DNA from: Candidatus Omnitrophota bacterium
GTDB taxonomy: Bacteria > Omnitrophota > Gorgyraeia > JAHJTE01
Assembly (NCBI GenBank): GCA_018830005.1
Contig: JAHJTE010000002.1
Location: forward strand, 73,517-137,516
Reading direction: 5' to 3'
DNA length: 64,000 nt
This document shows, in pieces, positions 55,989 to 64,000 of the stretch. Position 1 is the stretch's first letter; each line of letters starts with the position of its first letter. A model generated the notes under the pieces. The model did not search any database. It saw only the letters and a program-made list of their open reading frames with translations, and was not told the origin of the DNA. Both the position numbers and the translations under genes were made by a program.

Positions 55989-58745
55989 TTATTTCTTTGC
56001 CTTTCTAGCTTTGCCTTGAGCATTATTAAGCGCTGCTTGGGCAGCGGCAAGTCTTGCAATCGGAACCCTAAAAGGAGAGCAACTAACATAATCCATGCCC
56101 ACCTTATGACAAAACTCTATAGAAGCAGGATCGCCTCCGTGCTCGCCACAGATACCTACCTTGAGCCCAGGCCTTGTGCTTCTACCCCGCTCTATTCCCA
56201 TTGTTATTAACTCTCCCACGCCAGTTACGTCAACTGTCTTGAATGGATCGTCTTCTAAAATAGATTTCTGTAAATAATCCTGCAGAAATCCTCCGATATC
56301 ATCGCGTGAAAACCCAAAGCTCATCTGAGTAAGATCATTCGTGCCGAATGAAAAGAATTGAGCAACCTTGGCAATTTCATCAGCAATGAGTGCTGCGCGC
56401 GGAATCTCAATCATCGTACCCGCAAGAAACGACAATTTTCTTAAATTATATTTTTTTAAAACCTGTTTATAAACCTCATTTATCAAATTAAACTGATTAT
56501 CTAGTTCGCGAGAAGCGCAAACTACAGGAATCATTATCTCTGGTTTAACCTTAACGCCTTCCTGCGTCAACTCTGCAGCTGCCTCAAGGATAGCACGTAC
56601 CTGCATCTTTGTTACTTCTGGATAAGTAACTCCCAAGCGCACTCCGCGATGACCCATCATCGGATTGCTCTCATGCAAGGCCTCAGCACGTTTCTTTACT
56701 TCAGCAACGCTAATAGATAAACTATTTGCCAAGGCATCTAGCTGCTCCTCTTGTTTAGGAACGAATTCATGCAACGGCGGATCAAGAAGCCTTATAGTAA
56801 CTGGTAGGCCTTCCATTGCGCGCAATGTACCTTTAAAATCATTCTTAACGTGGCCAAAAAGCTCATCAAGCGCTTTCTTCCTTTCAAGGCTTGAATTTGC
56901 CATTATCATCTTGCGCAGCTTAAACAAAGGCTCTGCGCAATTCTTGCCATAGAACATATGTTCGGTTCTAAACAGACCAATACCTTCAGCGCCAAAACTA
57001 CGTGCGCGTTTTGCATCCTCTGGCGTATCAGCATTAGTCCTGATATTAAGCTTGCGTAAAGAATCACAATGTGTGAGAAATGAAAATAACAGCTTATTTT
57101 CCTCACCAGCATCTATCATTCCAAGCTTTCCACCATAGATGTTGCCTTTAGTGCCATTGAGTGTTATCCAGTCTCCTTCTTTAACAACCTCAGAGCCTAC
57201 ATTAATTATCTTTTCCTCAGCATTAATCTCTAAAACAGAGCAGCCAACAATACAACATTTACCCCAGCCCCTAGCAACCAATGCTGCATGGCTTGTCATG
57301 CCACCGCGAGCAGTAAGTACTGCCTTGGCAGCACGCATGCCTTCAACATCTTCCGGACTTGTCTCTTCTCGTACCAAAATCACTTCTTTGCCTTCATTTG
57401 CCCATTTCACAGCATCGCCTGAAGTAAAGACAACTTGACCCACTGCTCCTCCTGGACCAGCAGGAAGGCCTTTAGCAAGAGGTTTTGTAGCCATCTCTTC
57501 TTTGGGGTCAACGATTGGATGTAGTAACTCATCTAGCTGATTAGGAGTAACCCGCATCACTAAAGTCTTTTTATCAATCAGCTTTTCCTTATACATATCC
57601 ATAGCCATACGTAAGGCTGCCGGACCATTTCTTTTGCCAACCCGGCACTGAAGCATAAACAGCCTGCCTTCTTCTATGGTAAATTCAATATCCTGCATAT
57701 CCTTATAATGTTTCTCTAGTCTCCTCTGGATGCTATCAAGTTGTGAATATATCTTAGGCATTACCTGTTGTAGGGTTTTTAAATCTTTGTTGTGTTCGCT
57801 CTGAGAATAGCTATTGATAGGTGCCGGAGTTCTGATACCAGCAACAACGTCCTCACCCTGGGCATCAATAAGATATTCACCATAAAATTGATTCTCTCCG
57901 TTTCCGGGATTGCGTGTAAATGCTACTCCGGTTGCGCTATTCTTACCCATGTTGCCAAATACCATTGTCTGTACATTAACTGCTGTGCCCCATTCATCAG
58001 GAATATTCTCAATGCGACGATAGGAAATTGCACGCTTGCCATTCCAGGAAGCAAAAACTGCGCCAATACCACCCCAGAGCTGCTTCATCGCATCATCAGG
58101 AAATTCCTTTCCTAAGACTTCTTTTACCTTCAATTTATATTCAGCGCATATCTTCTTTAAATCATCTGCATCCAACTCTGTATCTGATTTAGCGCCCTTT
58201 TGGCCTTTGACTCTTTCCAGTATTGCCTCTAATTGTTTTCTCACACCTAGATTATCGCTTTTAGGCTCAATCCCAGCTGCCTTTTCCATAACTACATCAG
58301 AATACATGGTAATAAGCCTGCGGTACGCATCATAGACAAAACGTTCATTTCCGGTCATATTAACAAGGCCGGGTATTGTCTTTTGCGTCAAGCCGACATT
58401 CAACACAGTGTCCATCATTCCAGGCATTGATTTTCTGGCACCGGAACGAACGCTTACCAAGAGCGGATTACTAGAATCACCGAATTTCTTACCCATAACC
58501 TTCTCCACCTTTGACAAGGCCTTATTTACCTCTTGCATTAACCCAGCTGGGTATTTCTTATTATTTTTATAATAATAGATACAGACATCGGTAGTGATTG
58601 TAAAACCAGCTGGCACTGGTAATCTTAAATCTTTATGGCCTGCCATCTCAGCTAGATTAGCGCCTTTGCCACCTAAGAAATTCTTCATTTTTCCATTTCC
58701 ATCTGCCTTGCCTGCTCCAAAGAAGTAGACATTTTTCTTCGCCAT
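55989..58745 (-). CDS. ppdK: Pyruvate, phosphate dikinase
   Basis: 918 aa; N-terminal ...LLGGKGANLAEM; phospho-His region GGMTSHAALVARGWG; C-terminal PEP-utilising TIM barrel. Confidence 0.95.
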   Translation of the reverse strand: MAKKNVYFFGAGKADGNGKMKNFLGGKGANLAEMAGHKDLRLPVPAGFTITTDVCIYYYKNNKKYPAGLMQEVNKALSKVEKVMGKKFGDSSNPLLVSVRSGARKSMPGMMDTVLNVGLTQKTIPGLVNMTGNERFVYDAYRRLITMYSDVVMEKAAGIEPKSDNLGVRKQLEAILERVKGQKGAKSDTELDADDLKKICAEYKLKVKEVLGKEFPDDAMKQLWGGIGAVFASWNGKRAISYRRIENIPDEWGTAVNVQTMVFGNMGKNSATGVAFTRNPGNGENQFYGEYLIDAQGEDVVAGIRTPAPINSYSQSEHNKDLKTLQQVMPKIYSQLDSIQRRLEKHYKDMQDIEFTIEEGRLFMLQCRVGKRNGPAALRMAMDMYKEKLIDKKTLVMRVTPNQLDELLHPIVDPKEEMATKPLAKGLPAGPGGAVGQVVFTSGDAVKWANEGKEVILVREETSPEDVEGMRAAKAVLTARGGMTSHAALVARGWGKCCIVGCSVLEINAEEKIINVGSEVVKEGDWITLNGTKGNIYGGKLGMIDAGEENKLLFSFLTHCDSLRKLNIRTNADTPEDAKRARSFGAEGIGLFRTEHMFYGKNCAEPLFKLRKMIMANSSLERKKALDELFGHVKNDFKGTLRAMEGLPVTIRLLDPPLHEFVPKQEEQLDALANSLSISVAEVKKRAEALHESNPMMGHRGVRLGVTYPEVTKMQVRAILEAAAELTQEGVKVKPEIMIPVVCASRELDNQFNLINEVYKQVLKKYNLRKLSFLAGTMIEIPRAALIADEIAKVAQFFSFGTNDLTQMSFGFSRDDIGGFLQDYLQKSILEDDPFKTVDVTGVGELITMGIERGRSTRPGLKVGICGEHGGDPASIEFCHKVGMDYVSCSPFRVPIARLAAAQAALNNAQGKARKAKK

Positions 58746-58777
58746 TACCTAAAACTCCTTTCCTGTTGTATAAAAAA

Positions 58778-60085
58778 TTAACCTAAATTGTCTTTTAAAT
58801 ATTGCCCTACGTTACCAACATCTATCCTGTCTTGTTTCATTGAGTCTCTGTCGCGAACAGTAACCTTAGAATCCCCTAAACTCTCTACATCAACTGTAAC
58901 GCAATAACAGGTACCAATCTCATCCTGTCGACGATAAAGTCTTCCGATACTTGCTGTATCATCATAAGCACAGAAAAAAGACCTTTCTAAATCAGCTGCT
59001 ATTCTCTTACATAAGTCGACTATTTCCTTATTCTTTTTAAGAAGCGGCAATACTGCTACCTTTATAGGCGCAAGTTGTTTTCCGAGGCCTAGGACGACTC
59101 TTTGCTGGCCACGTACCTCTTCTTCCCTATAGGCATCCACAAGAAAAGCCAAGATTGCCCTGTCAACGCCTCCGGAAGGCTCAATAATAAAAGGTAAGCT
59201 CTTTTCGTAGGATAGATCTTTCTTAGAACAATCCTGATGTTGCCTTAAATCAAAATCTCCTCTGTTGGCAATGCCCTCAAGTTCACTCCAGCCAAAAGGA
59301 AACTTATATTCAATGTCAGTGCAGGCCAAGGCGTAATGCGCCAACTCCTCTTTTTTGTGTTCGCGCTTTTTTAGATTCTCTTCCTTCATACCGAGTTTTA
59401 AATACCAATCGAATCTATCATTAATCCACTGCTTGTAGAATTTATCAGCCTCGTTCGGCAAGACAAAATATTCTATCTCCATCTGTTCGAATTCTCTGGT
59501 CCTGAAGGTAAAGTTTCCCGGCGTGACTTCGTTACGAAATGCCTTACCGATCTGGGCAACGCCAAATGGTAATTTTTTACGCGTAGTATTCAGGATATTG
59601 GAGAAATTGACAAATATTCCTTGGGCAGTCTCAGGGCGCAGATAGGTTTCTGCTCCACCAACTCCTAACGCACCCAAGGTAGTCCTAAGCATTAGATTAA
59701 ATTCTCTGGCGTCTGTCAAGCCAACGCCGTCATTACCGCATTCTGGGCACTTATTTGGTTTTTTAGGATTCCAGCGCGGATCATCCGCTTTTATTCTTTT
59801 TTTGCAAACCAAGCAATCTTTGTATTTATCGATAAAGCTTTTCACATGCCCTGACGCCTTCCAAACCTCAGGATGCATAAGTATGGCAGCATCTAGACCC
59901 ACCATGTCTGAACGCATCTGCACGTTCTCTTTCCACCAGGCATCTTTAACATTTCTCTTTAACTCTACACCTAAAGGACCGTAATCCCAGGTATTTGCCA
60001 GGCCGCCATAAATCTCAGAACCCTGGAATATAAATCCACGCCGCTTACAGAGTGAAACTATTTTATCCATTAAGTTATCAGACAT
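58778..60085 (-). CDS. glyQS: Glycine--tRNA ligase (class II, alpha2 type)
   Basis: CKRRGFIFQGSEIYGGLANTWDYGPLGVELK N-terminal signature. Confidence 0.9.
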   Translation of the reverse strand: MSDNLMDKIVSLCKRRGFIFQGSEIYGGLANTWDYGPLGVELKRNVKDAWWKENVQMRSDMVGLDAAILMHPEVWKASGHVKSFIDKYKDCLVCKKRIKADDPRWNPKKPNKCPECGNDGVGLTDAREFNLMLRTTLGALGVGGAETYLRPETAQGIFVNFSNILNTTRKKLPFGVAQIGKAFRNEVTPGNFTFRTREFEQMEIEYFVLPNEADKFYKQWINDRFDWYLKLGMKEENLKKREHKKEELAHYALACTDIEYKFPFGWSELEGIANRGDFDLRQHQDCSKKDLSYEKSLPFIIEPSGGVDRAILAFLVDAYREEEVRGQQRVVLGLGKQLAPIKVAVLPLLKKNKEIVDLCKRIAADLERSFFCAYDDTASIGRLYRRQDEIGTCYCVTVDVESLGDSKVTVRDRDSMKQDRIDVGNVGQYLKDNLG

Positions 60086-60095
60086 CTTTTAGCGA

Positions 60096-60929
60096 TTATA
60101 ATTTCTTCAACTCTTCTTCTTTGATTGAAAAACTATGCTCTTTCGTCGGGAACTTAGCTTCGATAACCTCTTTTTTATATTCCTGGACAGCTGTCTTGAT
60201 TGCTCTTGAGAGATCTACATACTGCTTTATGAATTTTGGCCGAAAGCGCTGAAAAAGCCCCAACAAATCATGGGTAACTAATACCTGGCCATCGCAATGA
60301 ATACCAGCGCCAATGCCAATAGTAGGGATTTTAAGTTCTTCTGTTATTCTTTTGGAAATCATATCCGGTACGCACTCCAGTACGATAGAAAAACAACCCA
60401 AGTCTTCTAGGAGGTGAGCCTGTTCTATTAATTTGGCTGCCGTAGCAGCATCTTTACCCTGGACCTTAAATCCACCTATCTTTTCTGCGGTCTGGGGCGT
60501 AAGGCCAATATGGCCCATAACTGAAATTCCGGCCTTTATTATTGATTCTGTTACTTCAAGACAACGATCAAACCACTCAAGCTTAACGCAATCACAACCT
60601 GCCTCATCCAAAAACCTACGGGCATTTTTTACTGAATCCTTAATATCAACCTGGTAGGATTCATAAGGCATATCTCCAATAACTAAAGAGTATTTAACAG
60701 CGCGCCTTACTGCCTTGGCATGATGAAGCATTTCAGCCATTCCTACCTTAGTTGTTGAATCCAGACCCAATACAACATTGGCCACAGAATCCCCTACTAA
60801 GATCATATCAATACCACACTCATCAATTATAGAAGCAAGAGGAAAATCATAGGCAGTAAGCATGGTGATTTTTTCACGCCTTTTCTTCTTCTCCAGAATC
60901 TGGGGGATTGTAATTTTCTCTCTGGTCAT
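60096..60929 (-). CDS. panB: 3-methyl-2-oxobutanoate hydroxymethyltransferase
   Basis: MLTAYD...VGDS...GHIGLTPQ signature. Confidence 0.9.
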   Translation of the reverse strand: MTREKITIPQILEKKKRREKITMLTAYDFPLASIIDECGIDMILVGDSVANVVLGLDSTTKVGMAEMLHHAKAVRRAVKYSLVIGDMPYESYQVDIKDSVKNARRFLDEAGCDCVKLEWFDRCLEVTESIIKAGISVMGHIGLTPQTAEKIGGFKVQGKDAATAAKLIEQAHLLEDLGCFSIVLECVPDMISKRITEELKIPTIGIGAGIHCDGQVLVTHDLLGLFQRFRPKFIKQYVDLSRAIKTAVQEYKKEVIEAKFPTKEHSFSIKEEELKKL

Positions 60930-60988
60930 AAGAGTCCTCTGCTATTACAAAAATTCTATTTTAGCAAGCTATAAACATACTGTCAAGG

Positions 60989-61927
60989 TCAGCGGCTTAT
61001 TATCTTAACCTCTATACCTTCAAATTTATCTGCCAATGCTAAACCCTTTTTCTCACCCAGGATGAAAATTGCTGTTGCCAACGCATCAGAAGTCATGGCG
61101 CGATCTGAAACAACAGTTACCGAGCTAATCCTTGAATCTATGGGATAACCAGTGCGGGGGTCAACAATATGACTGTAACGCTTTCCTCCCAGAGTAAAGA
61201 ATTGCTCATAATCTCCACTTGTAGCAACCGCCCTATCAACCAAAGAAAATACCTGACTAAATTTTCCTTCTTTTTCTGGATGCCTCACTGCAATCTTCCA
61301 GGGTCTATTAAATTTTTTTCCCAAACAATAGATGTCACCGCCGGCATTAATTAAAGCAGAGCTAATGCCTGCTGCCTTTAATTTTTCTACGGCAATATCT
61401 ACAGCAAAACCTTTAGCAATTGCACCTAAATCGATTTTCATACCTGCTTTTTTAAATTTGATTAAGCCATTTTCCCTATCAACAGAAACCTGCTTCCAGT
61501 CCACTAATTCCCTGGCCTTTTTTATTTCCTTATGAGGCGGCAATTCTTTACCCTTAATCGCCTTCTTCCAGATATCACTCAAAGGGCCGATAGTAATATC
61601 AAATGTCCCTGAGGATTCCTCTGATATCCTTAAAGACTCAACTATTAAATCCAGCAATTCTTTATCAGCGCTAACTATACCATCTCTATTCAACTCAGCT
61701 ACAGGACTTGAGCTTTTAAAATGACTTAATTTTTCATCAAGGCGCTTAAAGGTATCGAAGACAATCTTTGCTGCCTGATCCGAGTTAGAGGTGACCTCGA
61801 CAATCGTGCCCATAAGAAACTTTCTCTGAAGCGTAAAGGCCTCTTCTGAATCGCGATAAGAGCATCCAGAAAAAATCAGAGAAATAAAAACTATAATTAA
61901 TAATTTAGATAAAAATTGTGGTTTCAT
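60989..61927 (-). CDS. apbE: FAD:protein FMN transferase (ApbE family) lipoprotein
   Basis: Lipobox FSGC; ...INAGGDIY... and TSGDYEQFF ApbE motifs. Confidence 0.8.
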   Translation of the reverse strand: MKPQFLSKLLIIVFISLIFSGCSYRDSEEAFTLQRKFLMGTIVEVTSNSDQAAKIVFDTFKRLDEKLSHFKSSSPVAELNRDGIVSADKELLDLIVESLRISEESSGTFDITIGPLSDIWKKAIKGKELPPHKEIKKARELVDWKQVSVDRENGLIKFKKAGMKIDLGAIAKGFAVDIAVEKLKAAGISSALINAGGDIYCLGKKFNRPWKIAVRHPEKEGKFSQVFSLVDRAVATSGDYEQFFTLGGKRYSHIVDPRTGYPIDSRISSVTVVSDRAMTSDALATAIFILGEKKGLALADKFEGIEVKIISR

Positions 61928-63645
61928 TTCTTTAAAATCCTCATTAACTCCTTCAAGCCTTTAGTGTTAATACAATCCTTTTTCTCTATCCATCCCCGAC
62001 GAGCAGTGGCAACGCCCAAACGCATAAAATCCAGATGGTTAAGATTGTGGGCATCGGTATTTATAGCCAGATTAACGCCGTGCGCCTTTGCCTGGCGAGA
62101 ATTAATATCATTTAAATCAAGCCTATCTGGAAATGAATTTATTTCCAATGCGGTGTTAGTGCTAGCTGCTACTTTGTAGATCTCTTTAAAATCAATGTCG
62201 TAGGACTCGCGCACACCCCAAAGCCGGCCTGTAGGATGGGCAATAATATTAACGTATTTATTCTTGCATGCCTTTATAATCCGCTGCGTGAGTTCCTTCT
62301 TTGGCTGCTTAAAACCAGAGTGAATTGCAGCAACAACAACGTCAAATTCAGCCAAAAGATCTGCCGGGTAATCAAGCTCCCCATGCGAATCAATGTCAAC
62401 TTCAGCAGCGTATAAAATACGAATTGAGGAAAATTCCTTATTCAATCTTTCGATCTCCTGTTTCTTTTTCTTCAATGCCTCCTTATCCAGGCCACTTGCA
62501 ATCTTTAAACTTTGAGAATGATCAGCAATAGCTATATATTCATAACCCTTATTTTTTGCCCTAGAGGCAATATCGGAAATAGAATTTAGGCCATCTGAAT
62601 AATTTGAATGAACATGCAAATCGCCTTTTATGTCTGATAGCTCTAATAACTTTGGCAATCTATTTTTAATAGCTAATTCCACTTCACCCCTGTCTTCCCT
62701 TAATTCTGGCTGAAGAAAAGATAGGCCTAAAGATTTAAAGATGCCCTCTTCTGTTTTTCCAGCCAATAACTTCTCTTTTTTACCTTTAACAGAAAACAGG
62801 CCGTATTCGTTTATCTTCATTTTCTTCTTAAGCGCGAGCTGCCTTAGTCTAATATTGAAATCCTTTGAACCAGTAAAATAAAGCAAGGCCGCACCAAAGC
62901 TCATCACAGGTACAACCCTCAAATCAACCTGAATGCCGCTGGCTGCAATTATACTTGCCCTTGTCTGACCCTTAGCAAGTATCCTTTTTACGCCTCCTAA
63001 ATTGATAAAGCTATCAATAATCTTTTTAGCGTTATTTGAAGCTGCAAGGATATCAATGTCTCTTACAGTCTCTTTCATGCGTCGTGCTGAACCAGCATAC
63101 ATAAGCTTCTTAGCCTGCTTGTTGCAAGAGAGATTATTCAGGATGCCCTCAGCAATCTGAAGTGCCTTAGCCAAAGAGATCCTTTCTCTCCCCTTTTTAA
63201 AGATGTCTATGCCTGCTAAGATATTGGAAACCGTCTTTTCCCTAATCCCTTCTAACTTATGAAGCCTGCCTCTTTTTGCGCATATCTGGAGTTCTGTAAC
63301 AGATTTGACTCCCAGTTTTTTGTATAACAAACCTACGGTCTTAGGACCTAAACCAGGGACCTCAAGTATATCCAGAAGGCCCAGAGGAATGGTCTTTTTT
63401 AGATCCTCATGAAATTTAAGACTTCCGGTTAAGGCTATTTCCTTAATCTTTGCTGCTAAGTCTTTCCCTATGCCTGGAATGGTTTCTAATTGATCTTCCC
63501 TGATAAGTGTGTTAATGCCCTCATTTAAGGATTCGATTGTTGCTGCAGCACGCGCATAAGCACGTATGCGAAATGGATTATCGTTTTTAATCTCTAGAAT
63601 TTTACTTATCTGCCTGAAGATTTGAGAAATCTCAAGATTATCCAT
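61924..63645 (-). CDS. DNA polymerase X family protein with C-terminal PHP domain
   Basis: N-terminal NxxIAxxLxxIAxLLE-like segment (ISQIFRQISKILE), pol-beta-like core GSARR...DIDIL, C-terminal PHP (HVHSNYSDG). Confidence 0.85.
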   Translation of the reverse strand: MDNLEISQIFRQISKILEIKNDNPFRIRAYARAAATIESLNEGINTLIREDQLETIPGIGKDLAAKIKEIALTGSLKFHEDLKKTIPLGLLDILEVPGLGPKTVGLLYKKLGVKSVTELQICAKRGRLHKLEGIREKTVSNILAGIDIFKKGRERISLAKALQIAEGILNNLSCNKQAKKLMYAGSARRMKETVRDIDILAASNNAKKIIDSFINLGGVKRILAKGQTRASIIAASGIQVDLRVVPVMSFGAALLYFTGSKDFNIRLRQLALKKKMKINEYGLFSVKGKKEKLLAGKTEEGIFKSLGLSFLQPELREDRGEVELAIKNRLPKLLELSDIKGDLHVHSNYSDGLNSISDIASRAKNKGYEYIAIADHSQSLKIASGLDKEALKKKKQEIERLNKEFSSIRILYAAEVDIDSHGELDYPADLLAEFDVVVAAIHSGFKQPKKELTQRIIKACKNKYVNIIAHPTGRLWGVRESYDIDFKEIYKVAASTNTALEINSFPDRLDLNDINSRQAKAHGVNLAINTDAHNLNHLDFMRLGVATARRGWIEKKDCINTKGLKELMRILKK

Positions 63646-63693
63646 TAATTTTTTCCCTGTTTTTTCCTCTTAAGTGAAAAAATCTAAAATAAA

Positions 63694-63963
63694 CTAACTC
63701 TTGGGTATTTTGAATAATAAACTTCCCTTAAATCCTCTAGATAACCTATAGAGGAAAAAATATGCACCTGGCGAGGCTATGGGATTTCTAAATAAATCAA
63801 AGACCAGATGCATGGTTATGCCTATTGCAAAAGCTGTCCAAAACAAATTAAACTCAAACAAAAGAATCATCAACCACAATAAGAATACTAATTCAAAAGA
63901 ATGAAAGACAATGTAGATTCTTTCCTTGTCCTTAACTATATTAGAATAATACAATGCCTTCAA
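63694..63963 (-). CDS. Small hydrophobic hypothetical protein
   Basis: ORF only; two hydrophobic segments. Confidence 0.2.
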   Translation of the reverse strand: MKALYYSNIVKDKERIYIVFHSFELVFLLWLMILLFEFNLFWTAFAIGITMHLVFDLFRNPIASPGAYFFLYRLSRGFKGSLLFKIPKS

Positions 63964-64000
63964 ACTAAACTCTCTATTTTTTATAGACAGGTATTCCGGA

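Noticed and set aside
1-64000. Searched for transposases/IS elements, integrases, rRNA genes and additional tRNAs
   Set aside because: No DDE/serine/tyrosine recombinase-like ORF, no rRNA-like conserved strings, and only one tRNA cloverleaf (54551-54626) could be recognised by eye.

Overview
AT-rich bacterial chromosomal segment, probably from an uncultivated lineage; I make no confident taxonomic call. Nearly all genes run on the minus strand in tightly packed, often overlapping operons.

Layout of the window:
(1) 1-5400: a toxin-antitoxin and mobile-looking island. It holds an MNT/HEPN pair, a cytoplasmic papain-like C1 peptidase, Phd-RelE, a radical-SAM (PflX-like) gene, and an HTH + LAGLIDADG endonuclease-like + DUF134 trio.
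(2) 5544-12331: rpoN (sigma-54) convergent with an operon encoding a membrane protein, a TPR lipoprotein, a GAF histidine kinase, an NtrC-type sigma-54 activator and a PocR-GAF sensor.
(3) 12459-40853: a large, essentially complete PEP-CTERM/exosortase exopolysaccharide locus. It has three PEP-CTERM substrates, an EpsB-like priming sugar transferase, EpsI, exosortase, and many GT2/GT4 glycosyltransferases including fused forms. It also has a Wzy-like polymerase fused to a parallel beta-helix domain, a pyruvyl transferase, two PP-loop amidotransferase-like proteins flanking a GNAT, a flippase, two methyltransferases, an XrtA-type deacetylase, a BY-kinase, a TIGR03015-like ATPase, a chain-length determinant and a Wza-like exporter. 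A candidate sigma-54 promoter sits upstream of the priming transferase.
(4) 41200-55200: accessory and housekeeping mix. It contains ArfB, AbiEi/AbiEii, two nitroreductases, lipA-lpd preceded by a roughly 200-nt GC-enriched structured RNA element ending in a strong intrinsic terminator, a PAS(4-Cys)-GAF-HD-GYP protein, and small zinc-ribbon and Lys-rich proteins. It also contains a ParA-like ATPase fused to a CBM48 glycogen-binding module and translationally coupled to a membrane protein, an outer-membrane porin, a PHP phosphoesterase, tRNA-Arg(CCU) and apt.
(5) 55141-63645: core genes (sigma-70 family factor, ppdK, class-II glyQS, panB, apbE, PolX).

No CRISPR array, rRNA or transposase was found. 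The most novel-looking items are the ParA-CBM48 module, the structured RNA leader upstream of lpd-lipA, and the unusual fusion enzymes inside the PEP-CTERM locus.
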